Source: a virus
Strand: one strand, 5' to 3'
DNA length: 64,000 nucleotides
IMG/VR virus record: IMGVR_UViG_3300005739_000002
Coordinates: 34,019-98,018 of that record
Within the stretch, counting starts at the first letter, position 1. Every line of letters starts with the position of its first letter. The notes beneath the pieces are model-generated. The model did no database searches and was not told the origin of the DNA. It saw only the letters and a list, made by a program, of their open reading frames with translations. Below are positions 55,931 through 64,000 of this stretch, piece after piece. A program made the position numbers and the translations under genes.

Positions 55931-56087
55931 TTTGTCACCATGTGTACGAAAACACAGGATATGCTCTGTGCCCTTCCTGTGGCAAAGACACCCATGAGAT
56001 AGACTGGAATAAGCAAAATAAGTTACAAAAGAAGTGGCTGAAGGATAATCCTGATGCTTGGCGAAATGTAGGATGGTGGAGTATCTA

Positions 56088-56381
56088 ATGGCAGAGACCA
56101 AGAAGTTTGGACCCTACAAGGGCTCTAAGGCTAATGGCGGCCGCCCTATCTACGTTTATAAGAAGAAGGTCGGCGGTAAGTGGGTAACCACATCAAAGAA
56201 TAAAGCTAGGGCTGACTACGAGTCTAAGAACGGTAAACTTAAATCTAAGGATATTACGGTTGACCATAAGGACAACAACCATAATAACGACTCTAAAGGC
56301 AACCTAAGAGCCATCTCTCGCAGTAAGAATACTGCTAAAGAGAATAAGCGTCGTGCTGGTAAGAAAGAGAATGAGAAATGA
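56088..56381 (+). CDS. HNH endonuclease-like protein
   Basis: VDHKDNNHNNDSKGNLRAISRSKN; SD GGAG. Confidence 0.75.
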   Translation: MAETKKFGPYKGSKANGGRPIYVYKKKVGGKWVTTSKNKARADYESKNGKLKSKDITVDHKDNNHNNDSKGNLRAISRSKNTAKENKRRAGKKENEK

Positions 56382-56629
56382 CAGAGCGCACAGAAGGCCA
56401 GTTTGAAGGAACTACAGTTAATGTAGGACCTGACGGCGTTCACGCTATGAATAAAGAAGGCGTTAGCAAAGTCGATTTAAAGACTGGCAAAGGTCTTTTT
56501 ACCCCTTTTACCATGACTAGCAAGTCAAATCCTAATATTTCTTTTACAGGCTCTCATACAGAAGCAGGTCTTAAGATGATGAGAGAAAGACACGGAGAGA
56601 AGTGGGATATTCAAACTCATGAAGCATAA
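56378..56629 (+). CDS. hypothetical protein
   Basis: ATGA coupling. Confidence 0.5.
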   Translation: MTERTEGQFEGTTVNVGPDGVHAMNKEGVSKVDLKTGKGLFTPFTMTSKSNPNISFTGSHTEAGLKMMRERHGEKWDIQTHEA

Positions 56630-56786
56630 TGACTCTCAAGGTTTTCCAGACCCATGGACTGCAATGACAGATGAAGACTGGGCTGAAATGGATAGAAAAG
56701 CTGAAGAAGCTCATAAAAAGATGAGTGACGGCGACGGAACTAACCTATTAGACAAAAGAACTTGGAAGAGAAAGCCACCATTTTAA
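56619..56786 (+). CDS. small hypothetical protein (55 aa)
   Basis: MKHNDSQGFPDPW..; TAATG coupling; translated by hand. Confidence 0.45.
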   Translation: MKHNDSQGFPDPWTAMTDEDWAEMDRKAEEAHKKMSDGDGTNLLDKRTWKRKPPF

Positions 56787-56983
56787 TGGAAACTGTAACT
56801 GCACGAGAACTAACGGCTTTAGACCGCTGTGATAAGTGCAGTGCTGCAGCCCGTGTAATTGCAACTTTTCTAAATGGTGAGTTAATGTTTTGCGGTCATC
56901 ACGCAAGAGAACAACGTGATGCGCTACTTAATAAAGCTGCATCAGTTTACGACCCAGATAAATATATTTTAATGTTAAAATAG
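56786..56983 (+). CDS. small actinobacterial-type zinc-finger protein
   Basis: LTALDRCDKC.A.A..GELMFCGHH. Confidence 0.7.
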   Translation: METVTARELTALDRCDKCSAAARVIATFLNGELMFCGHHAREQRDALLNKAASVYDPDKYILMLK

Positions 56984-57004
56984 ACTTCTACTTAGGAGTC
57001 TTAA

Positions 57005-59665
57005 ATAAATAAACTGCGTTATCTCGCAGCACTATTCCTAGCAACACTTCTTCATTTACTTAGCCAAAATACGGCATACGCTAATGAGCCTGCCCCAGAG
57101 CAGACGGTTTCGCCTGCCCCTAATCCTTCTCAATCGCCTTCATCAGAGCCTCCAAGCGAGCCGTCACCATCTTCAACTCCTTCGTCTGAGCCATCACCTG
57201 CTCCAACTCAACCACCCAGCGAACCTTCGCCCACTGCCTCGCCATCACCCAGCCAAAGCTCCACGACACAGGAAAACACACCAACAGGAATAACACCTCA
57301 ATCAGAGACAATTACGGTTACCTCCGTACAAGAAAAAATTGATACAGCTGTGGCTACAGTCTCCACAACAAACATCCCATCTACAGTAGCATCAGAGACA
57401 ACAGTTGTCACAGCAGTTTCTGAAGCTAACACTGCAATTACAAATGCACAGACAGCAGTTGAAAGTGCAACTGTTTTAGTGCAACAAGCTGAGAGCGCAA
57501 CTGCTCTCGTAGCACCTGCCGCAGCGGCTGTGGAAACCGCTACCACCACAGCTGCTGCTGCAGCTACAGCAGTTACAACTCAAACTGCAGTTGTACAAAC
57601 TGCAACTGAAACTGTTGCTGCTAGACAAGAAGATGTAAACGTAGCCACTGCTGCCGTCTCTACTCAACAAGCAGTAGTAACGCAAGCCGTTACTACTGAG
57701 GCTGCTGCACAGGCTGTAGTAGACGCCGCTACTCAACCAGGACTTAAGGTTGAGGTTTACAACGTATTAGGACAAAACAACGCCCCAGTTCTTCCTGCAG
57801 GAGCAACGCCTATCCACACCACAACCGATACCAATGGAATTAATGAGCAGTGGCACAGCGGAAACGTGGCTGGGTCTAACCGTTCAGAAGATGTAATTGT
57901 TAAATACTCGGGTAATTGGACTCCACAATACACAGGAACTCAATACCTGCATACTCCAGCAGATGATGGAGTAAAACTTTACTTAGATGGTCAATTGGTT
58001 ATAAATGACTGGTATGACAAAGGTGGGGGAGGTTCCACAGCAGACGTTGCTACAACTGCTGGAACTAGTAAGGTATTTGAAATGTGGTATTACGAAAACG
58101 GTGGGGGAGCACACGTAGCCCTTATGCGTTATACGGGTTCTGGTTGGGAAATAATTCCAGGGTCTGAGTTTTCTCAAAGTTCTGCTACTCCACAACAAGT
58201 AGCCACATTACAAGCAGCAGAAGCAACTGTTACTACAGAAACCGCAGTGTTAGCAGTTAAAGAGGGAGAGAAAACAGCAGCAGAGACAGCACTTGCAACA
58301 TCTCAGACCACATTAACAACAGAAACTCAAACATTATCTAACCTCCAGGCTGAGAAAACTACTGCTGATGCTGCCGTTGTGTCAACTACTGCTGTTCTTA
58401 CGCAGGTTACAAATGATGCGGCAACCGCTACTTCCGCAGCTAATGCGGCTTTAAATACTGCTAATACTCTTGCAGATGTTGCTGTTGAAAAGTCTAATCA
58501 GATTGCGAGTGTAGTCTCCACTGCCGTTTCTCAGATTCCTGTCGCGCCGACTCAGCCGACAACTCCGCCAGAGCCTCAGCCTCAGCCTGCGCCTTCAACT
58601 CCTTCTCAACCAGAATCTTCTTCTTCAACGCCAACTGAGCCTGCAAGTCCAAGTACTCCAACGTCTCCTTCTGACGATGCTTCAACCACTCCTCCTCAGA
58701 CAGATTCTGGAAGTCCATCTACAAATCCTCCAACGGAACCGCAGCCTGATACCGAGCCTCAGCCTCAGCCTGAGCAGCCTTCTGAATCTCAGGAACCGTC
58801 TCCAGACAATGCTTCAGATGAGTCTCAAAACCAAGAATCCAATCAGGAATCTGACCAGACAACTGACTCTCCCGACGAGCAATCAGAAGATGCTGATACG
58901 CCTGAACCAGATACTGATAACACATCTGATGATGATAGTGATAATTCGACTGAGCCAACTCCGACTGATTCATCTGATACACCTACAGACTCAACAGAAG
59001 AACAAGAAACCACAGAAGAAGAACAGTCACAAACAGACCCCGAACAAACAGACGAAACCGACGAGTCTCAGACTGACAGTAGTACTGAAGAATCAACACA
59101 GCAACCGTCAGAAGAACCAGAGCAAGATAATCAGTCGGAAGAAACATCCGATAATAATACACCCGAATCTGTCATTAGTGAAGCATTGTCTGACGGTAAA
59201 TTAACCGAGGAAGAGAAAGCCGCGGTAGTAGAGGCCCTTATATCTGACCTAAAACCAGGAGAGGCTATTAGTGCAGAGGCCCTTCAAGAGTCTGGTCTTA
59301 CCTACGCTGACCTACCTCCAGAGACTCCAGTTGACGTTCGTACTGATGAGAACGGTAATCCCGTTATAATTGAAGCTGAGGTCGCTGCGGCTCTCGTGTT
59401 ACTTGAGGACCCCGCAGAACTCTTAGGCGCAATATTCGATGACCCAGGTCAGGTCCTTTTAGCACTCGGTTCTATCGGTGCTGATATGTCTCCAGAAGAA
59501 CGAGAAGAAGCAACCAAAATGGTGGTTGCTACTGTCGTAGCTGCTGGAGCGGCTCTTAATGCTATTGGTGCAACAGCTGGTGGCTCTTCCCCAACAGGGG
59601 GAGGCAGTTCTGGAGGGGGAGCCCCTTCTGGAGATAGTAGGGCCGTTAGGAGACGGAAGCCATGA
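57005..59665 (+). CDS. secreted/surface-anchored PA14-domain protein with Pro/Ser/Thr/Glu-rich stalks; apparent ATA start
   Basis: frame open from 57005 with signal peptide INKLRYLAALFLATLLHLLSQNTAYA; ADDGVKLYLDGQLVINDW..WYYENGGGA PA14 motif; C-terminal TM + RRRK. Confidence 0.8.
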   Translation: MNKLRYLAALFLATLLHLLSQNTAYANEPAPEQTVSPAPNPSQSPSSEPPSEPSPSSTPSSEPSPAPTQPPSEPSPTASPSPSQSSTTQENTPTGITPQSETITVTSVQEKIDTAVATVSTTNIPSTVASETTVVTAVSEANTAITNAQTAVESATVLVQQAESATALVAPAAAAVETATTTAAAAATAVTTQTAVVQTATETVAARQEDVNVATAAVSTQQAVVTQAVTTEAAAQAVVDAATQPGLKVEVYNVLGQNNAPVLPAGATPIHTTTDTNGINEQWHSGNVAGSNRSEDVIVKYSGNWTPQYTGTQYLHTPADDGVKLYLDGQLVINDWYDKGGGGSTADVATTAGTSKVFEMWYYENGGGAHVALMRYTGSGWEIIPGSEFSQSSATPQQVATLQAAEATVTTETAVLAVKEGEKTAAETALATSQTTLTTETQTLSNLQAEKTTADAAVVSTTAVLTQVTNDAATATSAANAALNTANTLADVAVEKSNQIASVVSTAVSQIPVAPTQPTTPPEPQPQPAPSTPSQPESSSSTPTEPASPSTPTSPSDDASTTPPQTDSGSPSTNPPTEPQPDTEPQPQPEQPSESQEPSPDNASDESQNQESNQESDQTTDSPDEQSEDADTPEPDTDNTSDDDSDNSTEPTPTDSSDTPTDSTEEQETTEEEQSQTDPEQTDETDESQTDSSTEESTQQPSEEPEQDNQSEETSDNNTPESVISEALSDGKLTEEEKAAVVEALISDLKPGEAISAEALQESGLTYADLPPETPVDVRTDENGNPVIIEAEVAAALVLLEDPAELLGAIFDDPGQVLLALGSIGADMSPEEREEATKMVVATVVAAGAALNAIGATAGGSSPTGGGSSGGGAPSGDSRAVRRRKP

Positions 59666-59835
59666 AGAACATATTAAAAGATTTTATTGACCAAACCTGG
59701 ACACTTCTAGGTATGTTCATCGCATGGGTCGTCTTAGACGGTAGCGCTAAGACAGTAGTTGGTTATGCAATCTTGTTCAGCTTAGGTGCTTGGGCAATTA
59801 CATACCCAATTCGTAACCCAAAGGATGATGAATGA
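59662..59835 (+). CDS. small two-TM membrane protein (57 aa)
   Basis: QTWTLLGMFIAWVVLDGSAKTVVGYAI; ATGA coupling on both sides. Confidence 0.6.
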   Translation: MKNILKDFIDQTWTLLGMFIAWVVLDGSAKTVVGYAILFSLGAWAITYPIRNPKDDE

Positions 59836-60224
59836 AATCACTAGGAAATATTATATTAAGAATCATCGCTACCTTCGCGGCTAGCGGTCTTTCAGTTATT
59901 GGTGCTGGAGCAATTGCTGGAGTAGACACCTTGACAGCTGTAACTGTCGCTGGTCTTACTGCTGTTGCTGCGGTAGTTGAGAAGCTCGCAAGAGGCTTCA
60001 TGAATGATGGAAAGCTTGACCTTGATGAGATTAATGCAGCATTTGCCGCTGTTGATACAAAGGCAAAGAGTGAGCATGACCTTAAGGTAGAAGCTAAACA
60101 AAACGGTCAGGACATTGTTATCAGTGCCGCTGGCGCAGTCTCCTATGCAGCAGTCACTAAACCAGACGGACAGGTGCCAGAAGAACAACCTGTAGACGAG
60201 GACTGGGACAAGGAGGATAAGTAA
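59832..60224 (+). CDS. holin-like membrane protein
   Basis: two hydrophobic helices; directly upstream of endolysin. Confidence 0.6.
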   Translation: MKSLGNIILRIIATFAASGLSVIGAGAIAGVDTLTAVTVAGLTAVAAVVEKLARGFMNDGKLDLDEINAAFAAVDTKAKSEHDLKVEAKQNGQDIVISAAGAVSYAAVTKPDGQVPEEQPVDEDWDKEDK

Positions 60225-60784
60225 TGGCTAATCAAGGAACCGCGGCACGGCTTATTGAAGTTGCTACCGCAGAACTAGGAACCATTGAAGGTCCTAAAGA
60301 TAACGAAACTAAATACGGTAAGTTTGCTAAGGCTAATTTCCAGCCATGGTGCGGCTCTTTTGTAATGTGGTGTGCTAATGAGGCTGGGGTAAAGGTGCCT
60401 AACACCGTTTATACCCCAAGTGGCGCAGCGGCGTTTAAAAAGGCTGGCGCATGGATTGACGGTGACCTAGCAGACCCAGATGCTGGAGATATCGCCTATT
60501 TTGATTTCCCATCAGATGGTGTCGATAGAATCTCACATGTCGGTATTGTTATTAAAGACAATGGCGATGGAACCGTATGGTGCATTGAAGGAAATACCAG
60601 CCCTGATGAAAAGGGTAGCCAGCGCAACGGTGGCCAGGTATCAAAGAAACTTCGTGCATTTAAGAAGAACCCAAAGAAGGTACAAATCTCCATTGTTGGG
60701 TTTGGCCGTCCTAAGTTCAAAGATACAGGAGCAGCCGCTCCTGCAGCTAAAACCTGCCCAACATGTGGTCAGGCTGTTAAATAG
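60224..60784 (+). CDS. CHAP-domain endolysin
   Basis: PWCGSFVMW, GDIAYFD, SHVGIV, IEGNT. Confidence 0.9.
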   Translation: MANQGTAARLIEVATAELGTIEGPKDNETKYGKFAKANFQPWCGSFVMWCANEAGVKVPNTVYTPSGAAAFKKAGAWIDGDLADPDAGDIAYFDFPSDGVDRISHVGIVIKDNGDGTVWCIEGNTSPDEKGSQRNGGQVSKKLRAFKKNPKKVQISIVGFGRPKFKDTGAAAPAAKTCPTCGQAVK

Positions 60785-60884
60785 TAGGTGCCACAAGACC
60801 TATTTTTATGTGGGGGGTGCGGGAAGAGATTTCCCGTACCCTCTTTAGCACGTTCTTGCGAGAAGAAACACCTACAATCAGATT

Positions 60885-61388
60885 ATGAAAAAGACAAGAG
60901 CAGTTAGAAGTGCGTCTGAAACCCAATTAAGGGCCAAAGCCACTTCTCACATGGGTCAAAGCGCTAAAAAAAGTAGGTTAATTAGAACCTTAACTGTTGC
61001 TAGAGTAGCTAGAGCTCTTGATAAATCTTTGTCTAAAAAGGGTAAAAGTGGTAAACGCGACTATATTGATGTAGAAGAAGTAACGCCTAGTAGTCGTAGA
61101 GAGAGTTCATCCACCCCTGGTCGTCAATTTGTACGTTCTGAAAAAGTAACTCGTGCCGTATCAGGAGGAAAAAGAACCCCTGCCGCATTACCAGCTCCAA
61201 AGTCTGGTACAAAACCAGCATCTAAGAAGCCTCAGCGCAGTAAAAAAGAGGAAACTCCTGGAATGCAGCGAGTATTTAAAGCAACACCTGTTGTAAAACT
61301 TGATGAAGGCCCTGATTTTGGCAAAATTACTTCGCAAATTGAACCAACTTTTCAACCAAAGAAGTCTAGGAAGAAAAAAGATGCATAA
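60885..61388 (+). CDS. basic low-complexity hypothetical protein
   Basis: leaderless TACAAT-N6-ATG. Confidence 0.55.
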   Translation: MKKTRAVRSASETQLRAKATSHMGQSAKKSRLIRTLTVARVARALDKSLSKKGKSGKRDYIDVEEVTPSSRRESSSTPGRQFVRSEKVTRAVSGGKRTPAALPAPKSGTKPASKKPQRSKKEETPGMQRVFKATPVVKLDEGPDFGKITSQIEPTFQPKKSRKKKDA

Positions 61389-61557
61389 AGATGGCGTTCC
61401 TAGAGAAAAAAGTAGTATTGCAGCCCGAATTACAACTAAAAAACCGAAAGGTAAGGCACGAGAAGAACGAGATAGACGTACGTATGTCATGTCTCCAATA
61501 AAAGGACAGACTACTATGTCTAAACAATGGAGCCGATATGAAGGATGGACCCCTTGA
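61381..61557 (+). CDS. small basic hypothetical protein
   Basis: ATG 61381 overlaps upstream gene end. Confidence 0.4.
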   Translation: MHKDGVPREKSSIAARITTKKPKGKAREERDRRTYVMSPIKGQTTMSKQWSRYEGWTP

Positions 61558-61722
61558 GAGGTGGCGAATTCAAAAAATCGGTTACAAAACCAAAAAAAGT
61601 GATTGATTCAAGGTTTGGTCTTCGAAAGCTGCGTTATAACAGCAATGAGAAGCCAAGCATAGCAACATGGAAGACCCCTGGTAGAGGCCCTAACGGGGAA
61701 AGTCAGAACTGAAAGGTACATA

Positions 61723-62517
61723 ATGCCAGCATCATTTCCTAGCGCAGTACGTGTTTTTACTACTAAACAAAATGTTATTGATACTGTAGATGCCTCACAT
61801 CCCAACAGTCTCCAAGAAGAAGTAGTTGCCATAGAGACCTCTCTTGGTCTTAATCCTGCAACTTCAACTACTCCAAATCCATCTGGTACATTTAATGGAA
61901 GCTCTACCAACTTTAATACTGTATCAGCGCGTATTGCAAACGTAGAAACAGGAGTTGTAGCAGATTCTCACACTCAATACTTAAGAAAAACATCAGATGG
62001 TGCTCAATCTAATAAAGTTCAAGCTGGTTTAGCAACTAATAGGCCATTAATTCTTCAAGGTGCCTTAAATCAATCAGTAAATCTTTTAGAATTTCAAGGT
62101 TCTGGTAACGAAATTATTGCTGGTGTTACTCCAGATGGTACATTTACTGGAAAAGTTTTAGCTAACCAAATTCAAGGTCAGGTTTCGGCTGTTGCAGCTG
62201 ACGCTACAGTAGAACAAAAATCTTCAAACTTTACGTTAGCTGTAGCTGATAAAAACAAGCTAATTTACTGTGTTAATACTAATACATCTGTAGATTTAGT
62301 TATTACTGTCCCAGCTGATACAGGAACTAACGACTTTCCAATAGGTTCTCAAATAAGCATTGTGAGGGGTCAGGTAGGCCCTGTTTCGTTTGCTGGTGCT
62401 GGAGTGGCATCTGTAAATGCTACCCCTGGATTAAAACTACGAGCCAGATGGTCAGGCGCTACTCTGGTTAAGGTAGCAAACAATACCTGGTGGCTATCTG
62501 GTGATTTGAGTGCTTAA
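61723..62517 (+). CDS. virion tail-fibre/adaptor-like protein
   Basis: DASHPNSLQEEV.AIE..LG N-terminus; FPIGSQI..LRARWSGATLVK..WWLSGDL C-terminal module. Confidence 0.65.
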   Translation: MPASFPSAVRVFTTKQNVIDTVDASHPNSLQEEVVAIETSLGLNPATSTTPNPSGTFNGSSTNFNTVSARIANVETGVVADSHTQYLRKTSDGAQSNKVQAGLATNRPLILQGALNQSVNLLEFQGSGNEIIAGVTPDGTFTGKVLANQIQGQVSAVAADATVEQKSSNFTLAVADKNKLIYCVNTNTSVDLVITVPADTGTNDFPIGSQISIVRGQVGPVSFAGAGVASVNATPGLKLRARWSGATLVKVANNTWWLSGDLSA

Positions 62518-64000
62518 TGCGCTACGTAGGAGTTAGTGACTCTCAAAAGAAGGTACCACCATTACCACCTTCTATTGCTTCGCGTTCAGATTCTGGCTCT
62601 AACAGGGCTTTTGATGATGGGGCGACGTTCTTAACATTTGAACCTACAACTTTTGATGGCAAGCTGCCGATTATAGATTATATTGTTGTAGCTACTCCTG
62701 AATCAGGGGCTGCTATTAATATTACACTATCTAATCTACTTCCTTTTGTTTTTACTGGCCTTCGCTCTGGCGTTAAATACACATACAGAATTAGGTCTAG
62801 AAATGAAGTTTTTGAATCTGCTGATTCTACAGGAGTAGGTCCTGATACAGCAACCACGGTTCCAGGAAGACCCACATCACTAACTGCAATTAATCAAGTT
62901 AATGGTGGAGGTATAACTTTAAATTGGGTAGCTCCACCAAATGGTGGAAAGTCCATAACTAGTTACACTATTACTCCAACTGTAGGCGCTCCTATAGTGA
63001 CTAATAGCGCAGCTACAACTTATGCTTTCACAGGAACAGTTGGAACTACTTATAACTTTACAGTTGCTGCTACAAACCAAAATGGAACTGGGCTAGACTC
63101 AACAGCATCTGGCACTGTAGTGCCTACAGCGCCCGCTCCACCCCCTCCCCCACCACCACCTGCGGGTCCTAGCGGTCCTGGTTTATCAATTGTTTCTTTT
63201 AGCGGCTCAGCTTTTAACTCTGGCGGCAATAATGGAGCAACTGTGACATGGAGCGCTACTGGCTACTCTTCTTACAGAGTTACTGGAGCTAATTGTGATT
63301 CAGGTATTATAAATGGTCAAGCAAGCTCTTATAATTTAATTTGTAATCAAGGTACATCACTATGCGGTCAAGTAGCAACCGCAGTTTTGACGGTGTGGCC
63401 ATTTTCTGGCGGTACTGGTACGCCAGTTTCATCTTCTACAAACATAACTTTATCAGCATGTGCGGCTGGCCCTTCTGGACCACCTGCAGGACCTACTCCA
63501 TCACCAACATGCTCTGGAGCCACTTTACTTAATGCAGGCAGCTTTACATTAACCTCAAGTGAAACAGCAACTAGATGTGATGGAACTACCGCTTATACAA
63601 GAACTGTTAATACTTATACTAATTTTTCTACTGGAGCAACACTTACATGTAATGGCCCAGAGTCTGGAGGAACAGCAAACTCTCCATCATGTGGTGGTGG
63701 TACAGTTGTAAATTGTAATTGTATTCCTATAAGCTTTACTTCTACTACTAGAAGCGTTAGTACAAGTATCTGCCCTTCTGGACTTCAAAGTGGAATTTTA
63801 TCAACATATAACGCTTGCTGTGTAACTAATGGAACGGTATCTAACAATCCAGAATATACTGCTTTTGAATGTATTGGTGGCGTAGGTCCAGGTCCTTCGC
63901 CTTCGCCAGCAGCGTCGCCAGCAGCGTCGCCAGCAGCGTCGCCAGCAGCGCCTCCAGCAGCGCCTCCAGCAGCGCCTCCAGCAGCGCCTCCAGCAGCGCC
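62517..64000 (+). CDS. fibronectin-III-repeat, Cys-rich virion/adhesin protein (runs off window)
   Basis: translated by hand from ATG 62517: FTGLRSGVKYTYRI, VPGRPT..LNWVAPPNGGKSITSY..YNFTVAATN; poly-Pro linker; multiple Cys. Confidence 0.75.
   Translation, partial: MRYVGVSDSQKKVPPLPPSIASRSDSGSNRAFDDGATFLTFEPTTFDGKLPIIDYIVVATPESGAAINITLSNLLPFVFTGLRSGVKYTYRIRSRNEVFESADSTGVGPDTATTVPGRPTSLTAINQVNGGGITLNWVAPPNGGKSITSYTITPTVGAPIVTNSAATTYAFTGTVGTTYNFTVAATNQNGTGLDSTASGTVVPTAPAPPPPPPPPAGPSGPGLSIVSFSGSAFNSGGNNGATVTWSATGYSSYRVTGANCDSGIINGQASSYNLICNQGTSLCGQVATAVLTVWPFSGGTGTPVSSSTNITLSACAAGPSGPPAGPTPSPTCSGATLLNAGSFTLTSSETATRCDGTTAYTRTVNTYTNFSTGATLTCNGPESGGTANSPSCGGGTVVNCNCIPISFTSTTRSVSTSICPSGLQSGILSTYNACCVTNGTVSNNPEYTAFECIGGVGPGPSPSPAASPAASPAASPAAPPAAPPAAPPAAPPAA
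63903..64000 (+). repeat. 12-bp coding tandem repeat (SPAA x4, PPAA x4+)
   Basis: TCGCCAGCAGCG x4 then CCTCCAGCAGCG x4, continuing to window end. Confidence 0.9.

Noticed and set aside
92-62875. Numerous antisense or nested ORFs in the track (e.g. 745-1092, 16509-17000, 22185-22565, 50874-51332, 54222-54689, 58677-59204)
   Set aside because: Shadow frames of well-supported genes, with no SD/promoter or recognisable motifs.
61723-64000. Diversity-generating retroelement targeting tail fibres
   Set aside because: No reverse transcriptase and no TR/VR repeat pair visible in the window.

Overview
This is a 64-kb internal fragment of a large lytic dsDNA phage with a contractile-type baseplate. 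The host is probably a low-GC (freshwater-type) Actinobacterium, judging from two WhiB genes, many leaderless TANNNT-N5/6-ATG genes and an actinobacterial parS. Layout: 1-10.8 kb tape measure and baseplate/tail genes; 11-27.7 kb replication and recombination genes (initiator-like HTH, DnaC-like loader, DnaB, primase, dNMP kinase, SNF2 helicase, 3 tRNAs, SSB, PolA, RecA, resolvases, Cas4-like nuclease, WhiB); 28-40.5 kb accessory genes (SpoVS, Hsp20, metallophosphoesterase, NTase/HAD/TGT-like trio, class II RNR, NrdH, WhiB); 40.6-53.1 kb an opposite-strand block; 53.2-64 kb small genes, a PA14 surface protein, a lysis module and tail-fibre-like genes. The most striking part is the minus-strand block. 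It is built of gene cassettes separated by a repeated non-coding module: terminator, long perfect covarying hairpin TGTTTGTG...CACAAACA, extended DnaA box CWCAGRAAS-TTATCCACA, then a -10 element about 37-42 nt further on. It holds nine perfect same-strand DnaA boxes and one perfect parS (GTTTCACGTGAAAC), and it is purged of restriction-type 4-mers (AGCT, and TGCA in its left half). One conserved gene there appears to start at ACG instead of ATG-CAA, which would have created TGCA. My inference is an 'oriC-mimicking', first-expressed leading region. All motif counts were made by eye and need computational confirmation. No capsid, terminase, sheath or integrase gene was recognised in the window.
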